Below are positions 39,679 to 52,700 of a stretch of DNA of 64,000 nt, piece after piece. How positions within the stretch are numbered: the first letter of the stretch is position 1; every line of letters begins with the position of its first letter. The position numbers and the translations under genes were made by a program. The stretch is taken from assembly GCF_001194135.2 (NCBI RefSeq), contig NC_068981.1, positions 127,435,752-127,499,751 of the forward strand, read 5' to 3'. The stretch comes from Octopus bimaculoides (lineage: Eukaryota). Under the pieces are notes generated by a model. The model was given only the letters and a program-made list of their open reading frames with translations. It was not told where the DNA came from and did no database searches.

Positions 39679-40469
39679 TGGTATGGTCATTTGGCGAGAA
39701 TGGATGAGGATAGCTGTGTGAAAAAGTTCCACACCCTAGCGGTTGAAGGAACCTGTGGAAGAGGTAGACCCAGGAAGACCTGGAATGAGATGGTGAAGCA
39801 CGACCTCCGAACATTAGGCCTCACCGAGGCAATAAGTATTGACCAAGACCTTTGGAAATATACTGTGCGTGAGAAGACCCGGCAAGACAAGTGAGACCAT
39901 AACCCATGGCCTTTACCAGGGTGTAGCCAGCCCACTTATGCGTACCTTTCCTTCTTTGGACACAAAACCCTGCTTGCGAAGACCTGTTGAGGCAAGTGAA
40001 ATCGAAATCGAAATTGAACCAAATTCGATGACTGGCACCATGCCAGTGGAGCGCTAACAGCACCATCTGAATGGGATCACTGCCAGAGCAGTGGTCTCCC
40101 TTCCATGCCGGTGGTAGGTAAAAAGCACCATTTGAGCGTGATTGTTTCCAGCTTCGCCTTACTGGCACTTGTGCTGGTGGCATGTGAACAAAACATTGGA
40201 CTGACTCTTGTGCAGGTGGCATGTGAAAAACACCATTTGAGTGTAGCCGTTGCCAGTACCGCCGGATTGGCCCTCCTGCCGGTGGTACGTTAAAAGCACC
40301 CACTACACTCTCGGAGTGGTTGGTGTTAGGAAGGGCATCCAGCTGTAGAAACTCTGCCAGATCAGATTAGAGTCTGGTGTAGCCATCTGGTTCGCCAGTC
40401 TCCAGTCAAATCGTCCAACCCATGCTAGCATGGAAAGCGGACATTAAATGATGATGATGATGATGATGA

Positions 40470-40473
<4 letters not shown>
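39673..40473 (+). mobile_element. 5'-truncated RTE LINE (ORF end, 3'UTR, (GAT)n tail) inside a (TA)n tract
   Basis: RWYGHLARMDEDSCVKK..GTCGRGRPRKTWNEMVKHDL; (TA)n at 39646-39674 and 40473-40500. Confidence 0.88.
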
Positions 40474-40504
<31 letters not shown>

Positions 40505-40799
40505 CATACATGGACCCAACTCACCTCATCTCTTCATCTGACACCAACCTCACCTCCTCTCTTCATTTGATACCAAACCCACACCACTCCACACACACTA
40601 GCACTGCTCAATTCCCAACACTCACACACATGCACCATCCTGCACACTCCCACACTCACTCAAGCACATAATACCTGAACGCAGACAATATATACTCCCA
40701 CAAGCACACCACGTGAAAAAGCACACATCAACTGCTACACACAACACATACACACATACATGTCAGAGTCATTTGCTCCTATTCACACACACACACCAT

Positions 40800-41100
40800 T
40801 CTCACATACACACACACCTGCTGTTGGGATCACTAGCACTTTATTATTTCCATTACATTCGACCTTTTTTTTTTTATTATTTCTCCCTTACTTTCAACCT
40901 CTTTATTGACAATCATTTGCAATGTTGGACTGCTGAAATCTATAAGATTTTTTCGTTCTCTCTCTGTTTATTTTCTCTTATTCCTTTCTGTTGAAGAGCA
41001 TAGGCTCAAAACGTAAAAGACTTTTTCATTTCTCCCAAGCATCAAACTAATACACTTGCTTGTTGTTCATACACCTGTTTTTGTCTTTTGTTTTTCTATA
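40800..41100 (+). mobile_element. Penelope-like 3' remnant with a decayed hammerhead-like motif (40984-41019)
   Basis: LLLGSLA resembles GIY-YIG PLE C-termini; CTTT CTGTTGA A GAG-catagg-CTC AAAAC GTA AAAG. Confidence 0.4.
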
Positions 41101-41750
41101 ACGAAATGTTAGCACTAAATAGTGTTTAGTAGAAAGTGGGTTATACATCTTTAGATTGTATACCTGACTTTCTACTATAATATTAAAGAAATATACGGAA
41201 CGCTGAACTCCAGACTAAACAACTCAAACAACATTTATTTAGGTGATAAACATACATATCTTTTAGTTATACATCTTTAGAGGTGAGAATAACGAGCTGT
41301 CGAGTATAAGACCGAAAGATGTAGAGACAGCTTTAAACACACGTCCTTGCTCAATCGCTGGCCAGCGAGAAAGAGAATGAATTGAGCGGGAAACGCTTGC
41401 TTTATTAATTCTACGCATGCATAAGACTATGCATGCGCAGGCGTTACTACAAGTGTTTAAGGTATAAGCAGAATTTAGGTTAGTGGACCTATGTTTGTGA
41501 CATATTTCAACTGCTAAAAGGCAAATACACTTCAATTACCATGGAAAATACATCTCTCTTATGACAAAAAGGTGTGAAACCACTCTGTCTGTTCAGTATT
41601 CATTCAAAAGAAAGAAGTCTGTTAGATCACCCATTACAATTAAACATCAAACAAATAAGAAACCTGTTAGAAATAGCAGCCAATTCTCATTCACATAACA
41701 CCCTACCATCTTTAAAAAGGAAACATTCATTTCTGAATAATACAGTTAAA

Positions 41751-41928
41751 GCACGTAAAAGCACCCACTACACTCTCGGAGCGGTTGGCGTTAGGAAGGG
41801 CATCCAGCTGTAGAAACTCTGCCAAATCAGATTGGAGCCTGGTGGAGCCATCTGGTTCACCAGTCCTCAGTCAAATCGTCCAACCCATGCTAGCATGGAA
41901 AGCGGACGTTAAACGATGATGATGATGA
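41751..41928 (+). mobile_element. RTE-LINE 3' end fragment
   Basis: Same terminus as the other copies, (GAT)n tail. Confidence 0.85.
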
Positions 41929-42225
41929 CAGATACCAACACATGAGAGAAGAATGAGATGGGCTCAACTAGAAGGTCTTCTCACTTAGATCTAATCTGGA
42001 GTTAAATAGCAATAAATAATGAAAAGTATTCAGAAAGTCTGACTTGTAGGAGCTCACTTAGTCCTACCTAACTGAGATTCAAAACCAAATCTACACACTT
42101 GTTCCTTGTCAGATGACTGTCCGATTTCATTGTGTTTTATCTCTATGCTGGGAGATTAATAAGAAACATCTGCCCTCCTAGGACTTCACCATTTTGCTGG
42201 TCACGAAAGAGTCAGTCCAACTGAA

Positions 42226-42232
<7 letters not shown>

Positions 42233-42283
<51 letters not shown>
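42233..42283. repeat. (CT)n microsatellite
   Basis: Direct reading. Confidence 0.9.
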
Positions 42284-42285
<2 letters not shown>

Positions 42286-44490
42286 ATAGGCAGCACAACC
42301 AGGAGCAATAGCATCAACCAAATTAAAAGGGTCAATGTAATCCTTACCCTTTCTTTTTCTCTGTTAGCAGAATGTACAGCTTACACCCTTCCAACTACTA
42401 GTGAGCCACTAACACATCATTATTACTATTGTAAGTTACTATGTATATTTTACTAACCACTTCTGGCAAATAAATTTGTGAATATTATTCCTTCCTTTTT
42501 CGATGTTGTTATTACACTGTTTCATCCTACTATTGACCATGTACATATGGTGACCCTTAACTACATTTAGCAGCTCCGATGTACACACACGTGTCCGTTA
42601 CAGGCTCATGTACAATTAGTTCTTACTTTTTGCATCTCTGCCACAACTACAATGGCCTCTTCTTCTGAAGTCCAAGAAAGGCAATCCTTCAGATCTCACC
42701 AACTATCACTTGTCATACTGCCAAAATCAAAAAAGTAATGGAGATGGCCATTACTAACACTTTCTCCAACAGCTTGAATTCCTGTTCCTCTTTGACCACC
42801 AGCTTGAGACAACTAGGTAGGTCACTGAAACCATTTTCTTAGCTATGTCCCCTACAAAGCCTAATTTCATAGCTCCAATTTTTCAAGTGGCTCATTTGTA
42901 GCTGTGCTGCAGAAACTGAGATAAAGCAAAAGTCCTTCAACCCCACTACAAAGTAAATGACTTTTACCTAGCTTTGCAACTCTTGCAAGACAAGATTATC
43001 ATACAAAATGTGAAATGTGCCTTTATGGACTGCACAGCCAATCTTTTTAGAAGCTTCTGATACTTTCTAACAATGCATACCAGAGATAGCCTCTATCTTC
43101 AAAAGCACTTCAAGCTCTCTATTTTCCTTTCTGTCTCTGTAGGGGTATACCCCAATCTTTTGAAACATGCTACAGTTTGTTACATTCCCAAAATGGTCAT
43201 GTCCTCTGACCTTACTGTTTCCTAGCACACACATCCAATGTCTCAAAGTTGATGCAAACAATTATCTTCTCCAACACCTTGAAATCTTCTTCCTCCTTTC
43301 CTTAATGATCTCAAGTACTGCTTTCATAAAGCCAGGTCTATTGGAGACCAACTATCTTATGCTACTCACAAGTAGGCCTTTGCTCTGAAGAAATTTGGTG
43401 AAAACACTGTCATTGGTCTTTTACACTAGCAAAGTATTCAACTAAATCTAGCATGCAGTTTCTTACTAAAACCACCCATCTTGATATTCTTTTCATTTCT
43501 CTTGGATTGATTGTTTCCAATCAGCTCAAATTATTATGGTATATACTGATGGAATTCTCTCAGATCTACACTATCAAATTTGGTTCAACTTTGCTCCCCA
43601 CATTCTTCTTCCCATACATCAACAATTCACAGGTCATCTCTGCAGATAGTACCACTTTTATTCTTCCACATCCAAGTGTCATCTGTATGCAACCTTATAC
43701 CAACCTTGAGCTGAGTCCTTAAGCGAAACTTAGAAAATATTCTGAAATGAGGTCACACCAATCATGTCTTCTTCAGCATCACAAAGATACAATTACTATA
43801 AATATGAAAAGATTTAATATGACAGCACCCCAAACATCACTTTCTCTTCAATGTCAGAAAACATTACGTTTCACAACTGCTACCAACCCTCTAGAAAGCC
43901 CTTTGATACCCAGTGAAGTACTTCTCCCATATATGGGACAGTTTTGCTTCCACACGCAGACATCCCAGACTTCATAAGCTAAGCGGCTTGGGGTAGGGAT
44001 TCACTAGACTGACTGGCATTACGTTATTCACCAACACACTATCTCTTGTCTTTTCTATGCTGCGGCCTCTACCCCTGGTAGAGTTGGCTGTTATCATGCC
44101 ACTTCTAATCAGACACTTCGACACATTAGATTCTCCTCTACTCACTCATATGTCCATACTTATCACTACACCCACTCTAATGTTGAAGAACATTAACTAC
44201 ATTCATCTCACTATTGTCAGAATGTCTGAGAAGACCGGGAACGCAGACTCTTCCTCCAGACGATACAAATATTTTTTTAAAAAAAGACTAAACTCTTGAT
44301 ATAACACAAAAACAGAATAATCTACGTTGGTCTATTTTCTGTAGTTATTATAAGAATTTGACCAACAACTTTAAAAAGTTCTGCTATTAGCATTTTTTAT
44401 TTAAATTTCATCGCAGAACTTCCTTGTTATTTAAACACACAATAAATGTAGAAATATTCACAATAAACAAATAAACTCTGACATATAACA

Positions 44491-44576
44491 CCGGACGTGA
44501 CCTTTACCGGAAGTATTCTAATGACTGCATGGTGTCTTTATATTTATTTACTTGTAAGATACCATTGCCGGTATGT
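44491..44576 (+). promoter_or_regulatory. Candidate PRPF4 promoter and non-coding first exon
   Basis: ETS-type ACCGGAAGT (44506-44514) and CCGGACGTGAC; donor-like CCG|gtatgt at 44571; CpG retained ~44480-45350; acceptor ttttag| at 47063, 12 nt before the ATG. Confidence 0.45.
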
Positions 44577-47074
44577 AATACAAAGCTAAATTTTCCTTGG
44601 TTCCATTTAATTTTCAGTTGATTAATTTTTCTCTCTATTCTTTGTCATCGCTGTCTTCACCTAAATAGTTTATTTAGTTTCACATGACATGTTCTTTTAT
44701 AGTATTTAAATCAAGACCTCTGTTCAATTTTAGCCTGGTAAGTTTTGTTCCTCCAGATCCAAAAGTATGGGACTCTATGGAATGAATATTAGCATTAGTA
44801 TTCTAAGATCCATTCAGTCGATTAAATCTTCTACTCGACAAAAGTGAATTTGTGGATAGTAAGAAAATAAATAACGGTTAACTATACAATAATCAGAAAA
44901 TCGTGAAACGAATTGCGACTTTTTCCCCGATTAAGGGATCTTATTCAAAACGTTCGCTTTTAGTCGATACACAACAACATAGTTTATTGTTTCTTGCTGA
45001 CATAGACAACCAATAATCTCTTCGATTTATATTCGTTTTATTTGCGATTAAAAGATATCAGAAATCGATTCTTTAAAAGCTTGAACCAAAAGATAACGTC
45101 GAGGAATCCTACTCAAGTACACATAGACAAAATAATTTTTTTAAAAACTCAGTATGAGAGATGGTAGAAAACCTCGATGGTTTGTAGTATCGCTTCGAAA
45201 AATTAATTCAAAGCCAACATTTACAATGTTAGTAAAAAACAAAACAAAAAAACAACGTAACGTTAGAAACACGAACAAGCCAAAACACTTTTTTTTTTCA
45301 AACGAACTGATAATATATGAATTGTTATAATTAGTAAACAACATTGAACCTTATCGCCCCTCCCTGTCAGATTTATTCTAGGATATAGGCCTTGACTGTT
45401 TTGCCAGACAACTGACTTTTTAAAATTTCCTTTTCGCAAGAATGGTATAGAATGTTAGTTTAAATGTTTTACAGCATTAAACTATTTCCCCTGCGTGAAT
45501 TCAAATAACATTGAAGTTGATCTAACTGGCTTTCATTCTTCTGGGGCCAATAAAATAAGTACCTGTCATATACTAGTGTCGACTCAGTCGATTATCTCTA
45601 TCTCACGAATCTAGTTTTGTGCTAGTGTAAAAAATTAATATTTTGTACTCACGGGACCAGTGCCAAAAAGTTCCCTTCAAGCCTAGTACTTAGACTAGGT
45701 TTTTTTGTTTTACTAATACTGCTAATTGTAGCCTAGAAAAAGACATGAATGTGCCAGTTAGGGAACATTTACATGTCACTCGATCTGTTCGAAAAAAGGA
45801 CGGGATGGTCACCACTGGATTGCCTTCGGTTCATAGGTCTGCTCAATCAAGCTTAACCAGGTGTTTAGCATTATGAACGCTATACAGTCTTCTTTTCCCC
45901 GCCTCTTTCCCTGTTTTTGTAGTTGTACATAGTGGTGATGTCAATAATTGTAATTGCATCCTTTGTTGTTTGTCATCAACTTTATGTGAATTAATTTAGA
46001 TTAATTTACACTAAGTTGGTATCACACTATTCCAATCAAGCTTAACTTCTATATGTTAAGGGCAGTCTATTTAAGTATAGTAGCTTTCAATTAATTTTAT
46101 TATCTTGTGAAGAAAGTACTCTTGGAAAATTGTACATCATTTTCTTTTGATAGAGTTGCAAGACAATGTTGTGCTCATTGTTGAAAAAGAATCTAGCCAT
46201 TCATCAACATAGTATGAGTTTGTATCAAGATTTTAAGGTGTATCTCTTTTATTCTAAATAGTGGTAAAAATCTTAATTCCATGAAAGAGATGGGATTTCT
46301 GAACCACTATCCAGAAGAAACAGAATAATGATTCATGTGATGTATAGTTAGTCACTGCACATATATACACTTGCTATTACTGGTATAAAGCTAATCCATT
46401 TCCAAATCACAATGATCCATGTTACGTGATACATACTACAGTTTTTGTAACCTTAAACAAATGGGAAATAGAGCTTCCTCTGTTTGGATTGGATGCTAGT
46501 TTATACAGGTATCTTTCTCACAGGCAGAATTAAACTTGGTACTACCAGCTAGCAAATCATTCATCAAATCAACAATGCTGTCACTGCTTGGAGCAATGAA
46601 TTATTCCTATCCTATGATATCTATTTTCATTTAAGAGTCAAATGCCTAGTCATAGATAAAATATGTTACCTAAGGTAAGACACAAACCATTGCATTTATG
46701 GGTGATTATCTGTTACCCTATGTGCTTAGCTAGCCACACTCTATATTACTGATAGAACTTTATAGTTAACTGTTGCTCAGTTGGATTCGTTCATATTTAA
46801 TGTTTTAAAAATTAGTTTTACATCTGCTTTGACTAGTTTTTCTCATAGTTTTACAGCTGAGTGAACTGGAGCAATTCCCATTGAGGTCAATAAATTAAGT
46901 ACCTCTTACATAGTATGCTCTGTGAAATCAATGAGGCATCTTATAAAATAATGACCAGATCAAAAAAAAAACATTTTTATATTGTTTCAGTCAAATCATC
47001 TCCACTGTATATTTCTTTTGTTCTCTCTTCTTTTAACTTACTTTTTTGTTTTTAATTTTTAGAAGTAGCCAACC

Positions 47075-47234
47075 ATGTCTGATGATGAAAATGAAGTGTC
47101 TTACTACAGGAAAGATAAAGTAGTGCATTATGGGAGTCTTGAAGAACATCAGAATACTGACAATGATTCACACCGTAAAACCTCTAGTGCTATAGAAGCT
47201 GGAATAGCTGCTGGAAATATTAACATATCAGATG
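47075..47234 (+). CDS. PRPF4: PRPF4 coding exon 1
   Basis: ATG 47075; G|gtttgc. Confidence 0.92.
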
Positions 47235-49635
47235 GTTTGCACTTTTCAATACTTCTCAAATTTTGTTTTACCTTTGAAGTACTAATTGTATTCTCAGTAT
47301 AATGCGGAAAAAATTTTAAAACGGATATGTACAGCAAGTGTTTGTTGTATTTAAAAAAACAAAACAATTGTTTCCATTTCAGGAGCAGTGTTTGAAATTG
47401 ATGATGAACAAAGTGAAAGCCAAGCAGAATTACTAGCAGAATTTGAACGCAGGAAAAGGGTGGGTGACTTGATTTGAGCCTTTCTAAAATCAACTCTGTT
47501 ATTTGTCTGTGTTGATCATTCTTTATTGCAGATGATGAAATTCTTCAAGGTACTAAAAACCTATGCATTTATGTTAAGATATTACCTAATGTCAGTCAGT
47601 TACATAAAGATATTTAGCAACAGTAACATCTAGGTCTTTGTAATATGAAGAGATCATTGAGTATTTGTGATATCATATAAATACATGTAGTTCTTTGTGA
47701 TATCATGTAGAGTTATCTAGTTCTTGTGATTAAAATTTCTTGTTTTGGCACAAAAATCAGACTCCAGGGATGGGAATGAGATTGTCATATTCATCTTCTT
47801 CTCAAGGACATTAATAATGTATATGCAACAAAAGGGCTTTAACTGCTGACGTTTCTTATTCAACAGAAAAATCACTGGTATTAAATAGAAACAGATTTTT
47901 ATTATTTAATTGAGAAGCAAAACTTCATTATACACTTCTAGCATATTCTTAACAAAAACTCTGTTAATTCTTTCTAAGTTTCATGAGTGCAGTTAGTTTT
48001 CTTTTTCTTAGTCTATGAAGATATTGTGAATGAAAGGTGTCAGAATGAGTACAAAAAAGAAATATACTGATATGTTGTTGCGCTTTAGCACTTATCAGAC
48101 ATCCTATCATCAAATATATTCCAGCTTGACTATTCCATCTTTTTTGTGAGTAATATACTACAACTATCCTATGTGTCCTTTTCTGTTTTTAAACAGTAGA
48201 GTGTAGTTTGATGGAAATTTGGCTGCTGTTTGTAGCAGCTCAAGTGACTACATAGAGGCAACCTGATATTGTAAATATATGTGCTATGTAAAAAGCACTC
48301 ATGCTGGGGCCACATAAAAGCGCTTGCGCAGTGCCATGTTAAAAGCACCCAGCACACACTGTAAAGTTGTTGGCATTAGGAAGGGCATCCAGTCACAGAA
48401 ACCATGCCAGACCAGATTGGAACTCAGTGTAGCTTTTTATGTGAGGCCATCACCAGTGCTTTTTATGTGGAACCAGGACCAGTGCTTTTTACATGGCACC
48501 AGTACCCACACCAATGCTTTTTTCACAGCACTTTGGTTTTCTCTAAGCCATACCACTATGGAAAAATCATGATGATGATGATTTGTTAATGTTTCGTAAT
48601 AACTGTTTTGTACAACAATTTGCATATTACTTTTGATTTGTCTCTCTGAATCTCTAATGCAGGCTCGACAGATTCAAGTATCCACTGATGACACTGAAGT
48701 AAAAGCTACTTTAAGGCAACTCGGGGAGCCTATATGTAAGTCTTAGATGAAATATATTTACTTTGTTATTTACCTTAGCTGTTTTTGTTTTCCCTTATCC
48801 ACATATGCACACTGCTGCACAGGTTTCAATCTATTCTCCTATACACAAGTGTTGGATACCGTTAAGGAACAGTCTATATAGTTATACTTTTTACTCCAAT
48901 CTTTTCAGTCTTGTGTCTGTCCATCATCAGTGTGGAGCTGTTACAAGTCACTTTTATCTGCATAACCATTCTTGGAGAGTCTGTGAGAGCTTGTGACTCT
49001 ACCCTTAAAATTGCCTACCTGCTTTGGACACTTCATTTGTACTGTTGATGATGAAACTTGCATAGCTGTCTTCCTTTGGCAGCTTTTTTTCCCCCATTTT
49101 AGTCAGAAAAAACACTGTCCATGCTCCTATATAAAGCTTCCAAGATCAGTGAATGGAAAGGTGTGAAACATTCTCAACAATGAGTTTATATTGTATATGT
49201 GTTAAAGATTATTCATGCTGTTCTTTTTTATTTAAGCATTTTTTTCTTGGATTTTTATTTATTAACTCTGTTCAATTTTGTTCTTTAGGTCTCTTTGGAG
49301 AAGGTCCTGCTGATCGTCGAGAACGTTTGAGGCAGTTGTTAGCTCAGATTGGAGAAGACACTATAAAAAAAAAGAAAATTGAACAAGAAGAAAAGAAAAA
49401 GAAAAGAGAAGAGGTAGAGTTTTAAAAAATGATTACATCATTCTATTTTATAGTATGTAGATTCTGAAAAATGTGCATTATCTTTCCAGTTATTGTCTTC
49501 TCTTTACCTTTTTCTAATGTAGGAATTGTGAAAATTTAGTCGTCAAAATTCTGTTAATATTGGACTTTATCTGGATCATAGTTTGCATTTGTTGTGATTC
49601 ACTATTAAATTTTGATTTCCCTTCACACACACACA

Positions 49636-49712
<77 letters not shown>

Positions 49713-52700
49713 CCCCTCCCCCTCTCTCTCTTAGCCATCTGCCATTTCTATTCTGACCACTTCAATTGATGTTTTCTTATGTCTTTCCAAGTTATCAGCC
49801 AGTTATTTATCCTGCTTTTATCTCATTTTAACTGCTTCATTCTTTAATTCCATGTTCTCTGACATAACTGTTTCCAGTTGATGCCATCTCTCTTCACTTT
49901 GCAATATGTGGACAGCTACTGAAAATATTTTGTCTTCACTGGACACATCTTACTTTTGTTTTGGACACACTATTTCAAAATTCAGACCTAACTATTACAT
50001 TAATGCTAAAGTGATATATTTAGTGCTGACAGGGTTCTGAATTCAAACCTTGCTATAACCATTTTCATGTCCTCTTAACATTGCCCTAAACAACCTCAAT
50101 GAGAAATTGGTGCTTTTCCATTTCAGACTGAGAGATTTAATATTACAAAGTATCTGTTTTCTGTAAAAGTATTAACTGCAGATATTTGCAGCCAAAGTCC
50201 AACTCATACTAGCCATGAACAATATATATATAATTTCAAACATTTTACACCGTTCTTTTTGATATTTATATGTCTAGGCTAGTTCAAAAATTAAATATTC
50301 TGATTGCTGTAGTGAATATCATTGCAGAATAAGTACTGTTTTACGTCAGCCAACACATATTGAAACACTAGTGTCCCAGAAACCCATGTACCAATGAGCT
50401 GAGTGTGTTGCATACACTGTTATTGTAAAAGAAAAAAGTTATTCTCCTATGGTGTACACTACAGCAACTTGTATATTTTGTATCTGAATGTGCCTAGATG
50501 TGTTAAGAGTATATTTGTAAATAATCATTCCAGATCTCACTGTGCATGGTGCAAATAATGATTTTTTAAATATGTGTTCTTATGTTTGTTTAGGAAAATA
50601 TCACTTGGTATCATGAAGGCTCAGACACACTAAAAGAATCTCGATATTGGTTAGCACTTTATTCTATTCCAAGGTGAGTCAAACTGTGGAATTTGTTGTT
50701 TTATATATTATGAAGCCACTTGTGACTGCTTCTGTTTTTTAGGGTTTTATCTCCTTAGATACACTTGCATAGAAGGAATATTATTTATTTAACCATAGCC
50801 ATAATATTACTGGTTCTTAATCTGACAACTTTCATATAATGTAACTATAAAATGTATAATAAAAGCTATAATATTCCTCTTGTTATATAGTTTGACATGT
50901 TGTATCATGTGACTCAACCCATTAGTTACATGAGCTTTACTATTTAACAAGGCTGACAGTTCAAAGTGAGAGCTGGACTAGATACGTTATCTGAAGATAA
51001 AGGACCTCATATGTCAATGTCATAACTTGGAGGGCTATTGGACTGTGAGACTTCACTAAAAGGAAAGAAATAATGGCAACAAAGAGGAAAAAATTTTAAA
51101 CAGTTGGAAGACAGAAATAGTCTAAAAGTAAACTCAATGCAGGAAAATGAACTTGACCAATAGAACAGTTAAGTTTTGATAAATATCCAAAAATGGGATA
51201 TCTTTGGAAGAACTGGTAAGAAATACCAAATTGCTTATGACTGTTTGAGACATATATCCATAAATGAGCAATATCTATTTTTAAGAATCCTAAAAGGTGC
51301 CATAAAACAGTAGCAATGGTTGAACATTGTACAAACCAATTGCTACTTAAAGAAAAAGAAGAAAATATGTATTGAGAAAAAAAACAATGTTTAAAGTTAT
51401 TTAACAAGAAGAAAAAAACATAAAAATTTTGGTAAGTTTGCTAGGAGAATGATTTTGAAAATTTGTGAAATAAAAAATATTTCTGTGCTTTGTACTCACA
51501 CAATTAGAGATAAACTAAAATCTTGCTTCTTTTTGTTTTGTTTTTAAAATAAAATGCAAGTCTCTGGTGATAAAGAATCTTTTGCAGTTGTAGCTTTTAT
51601 CATTTTCATCATCATCATCACCATTTAGCATCTGTTTTCCATGCCAGAATGAATTAGACAGTTTGCCTGGACCAGAGAGCAGCATCAGGCTCCAGTTTGC
51701 TTTGGCTTGGTTTCTACAGCTGGATGCCCGATGCCTTTCCTTATGTCAACCACTCTACAGAGTGTACAGGGTGTCTTTTACGTGCCACCAGCATGAATGC
51801 CTTTTACATGTCACTGGTGTGGGTGCCTTTTATGTCACCAGCATGGATGCTTTTACATGTCACCCGCACTAGCCACTACCTCAGTTTCACTATTTTACTT
51901 AACTTGGCATGTCTTCTCAAGCACAGCAAATTGACAGACGTCTCAGTCACTTGTCATTGCCTCTGAAGATGTGGGATGAATTAGTGGCAGCTTTGTTTTG
52001 GATTGATACTTTACAAGGTGATTCTTTGATCTGTGTGACTACAGTTTGTATCAACATTTAGTGTGTAGCCTCCATTTGATTTGTATTAACATGTAGTGAC
52101 TACATTCCATTTGTGCTTATATTCACTGTGTATGTCAACATTTAGTAACTACATTTAGTATATGTAACTATAATTGATTTTGAAGATTGTTTAAAGCAGC
52201 TGGTTTCTACAAGTGTATAAAAGAGGTCAAATGCTCTATAAAAAGAAAGGAGAAATGTACCAATTTTGTTGTAGCTTTGCGAGTTTGGCATACTTGCTGT
52301 GTCATGTCACTCAACTCTGTCATGTGAGCTGCACTATTTAACAAGACTAGCATTTCAGTGTGTGAGATGAACCAGGCAGTTTAATAGGGTATCTAGAGAT
52401 AAAGTATCTTGTATGACTATGGCATTACTTGGATGACTTGTGAGAATTCAATACAGAGATTGAAAAGAAGCACTACTGATGCTATCCTTCTAGTTAGACA
52501 ACTGCAGGAGAAGCATTTAGCGAAAAATAAGCCTCTGTACTTGGATTTTGTTGACATAGAGAAAGCCTTTGACAGAGTCCTCTATCCCTTATCTAACAGT
52601 CAATGCAAAAGCTAGGAATAGATGAGTAGTTTGTGAGAGCCATGCAAACCATGTATGGGGATGCTCTCAGTAGGGTGAAAGTCAGCCATGAGTATAACAG

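Noticed and set aside
42300-44280. Low-AT-skew stretch between the DUF1330-like gene and PRPF4 that might hide a gene
   Set aside because: No consistent exon chain or recognisable protein motifs; probably very old LINE debris, not supportable as a feature
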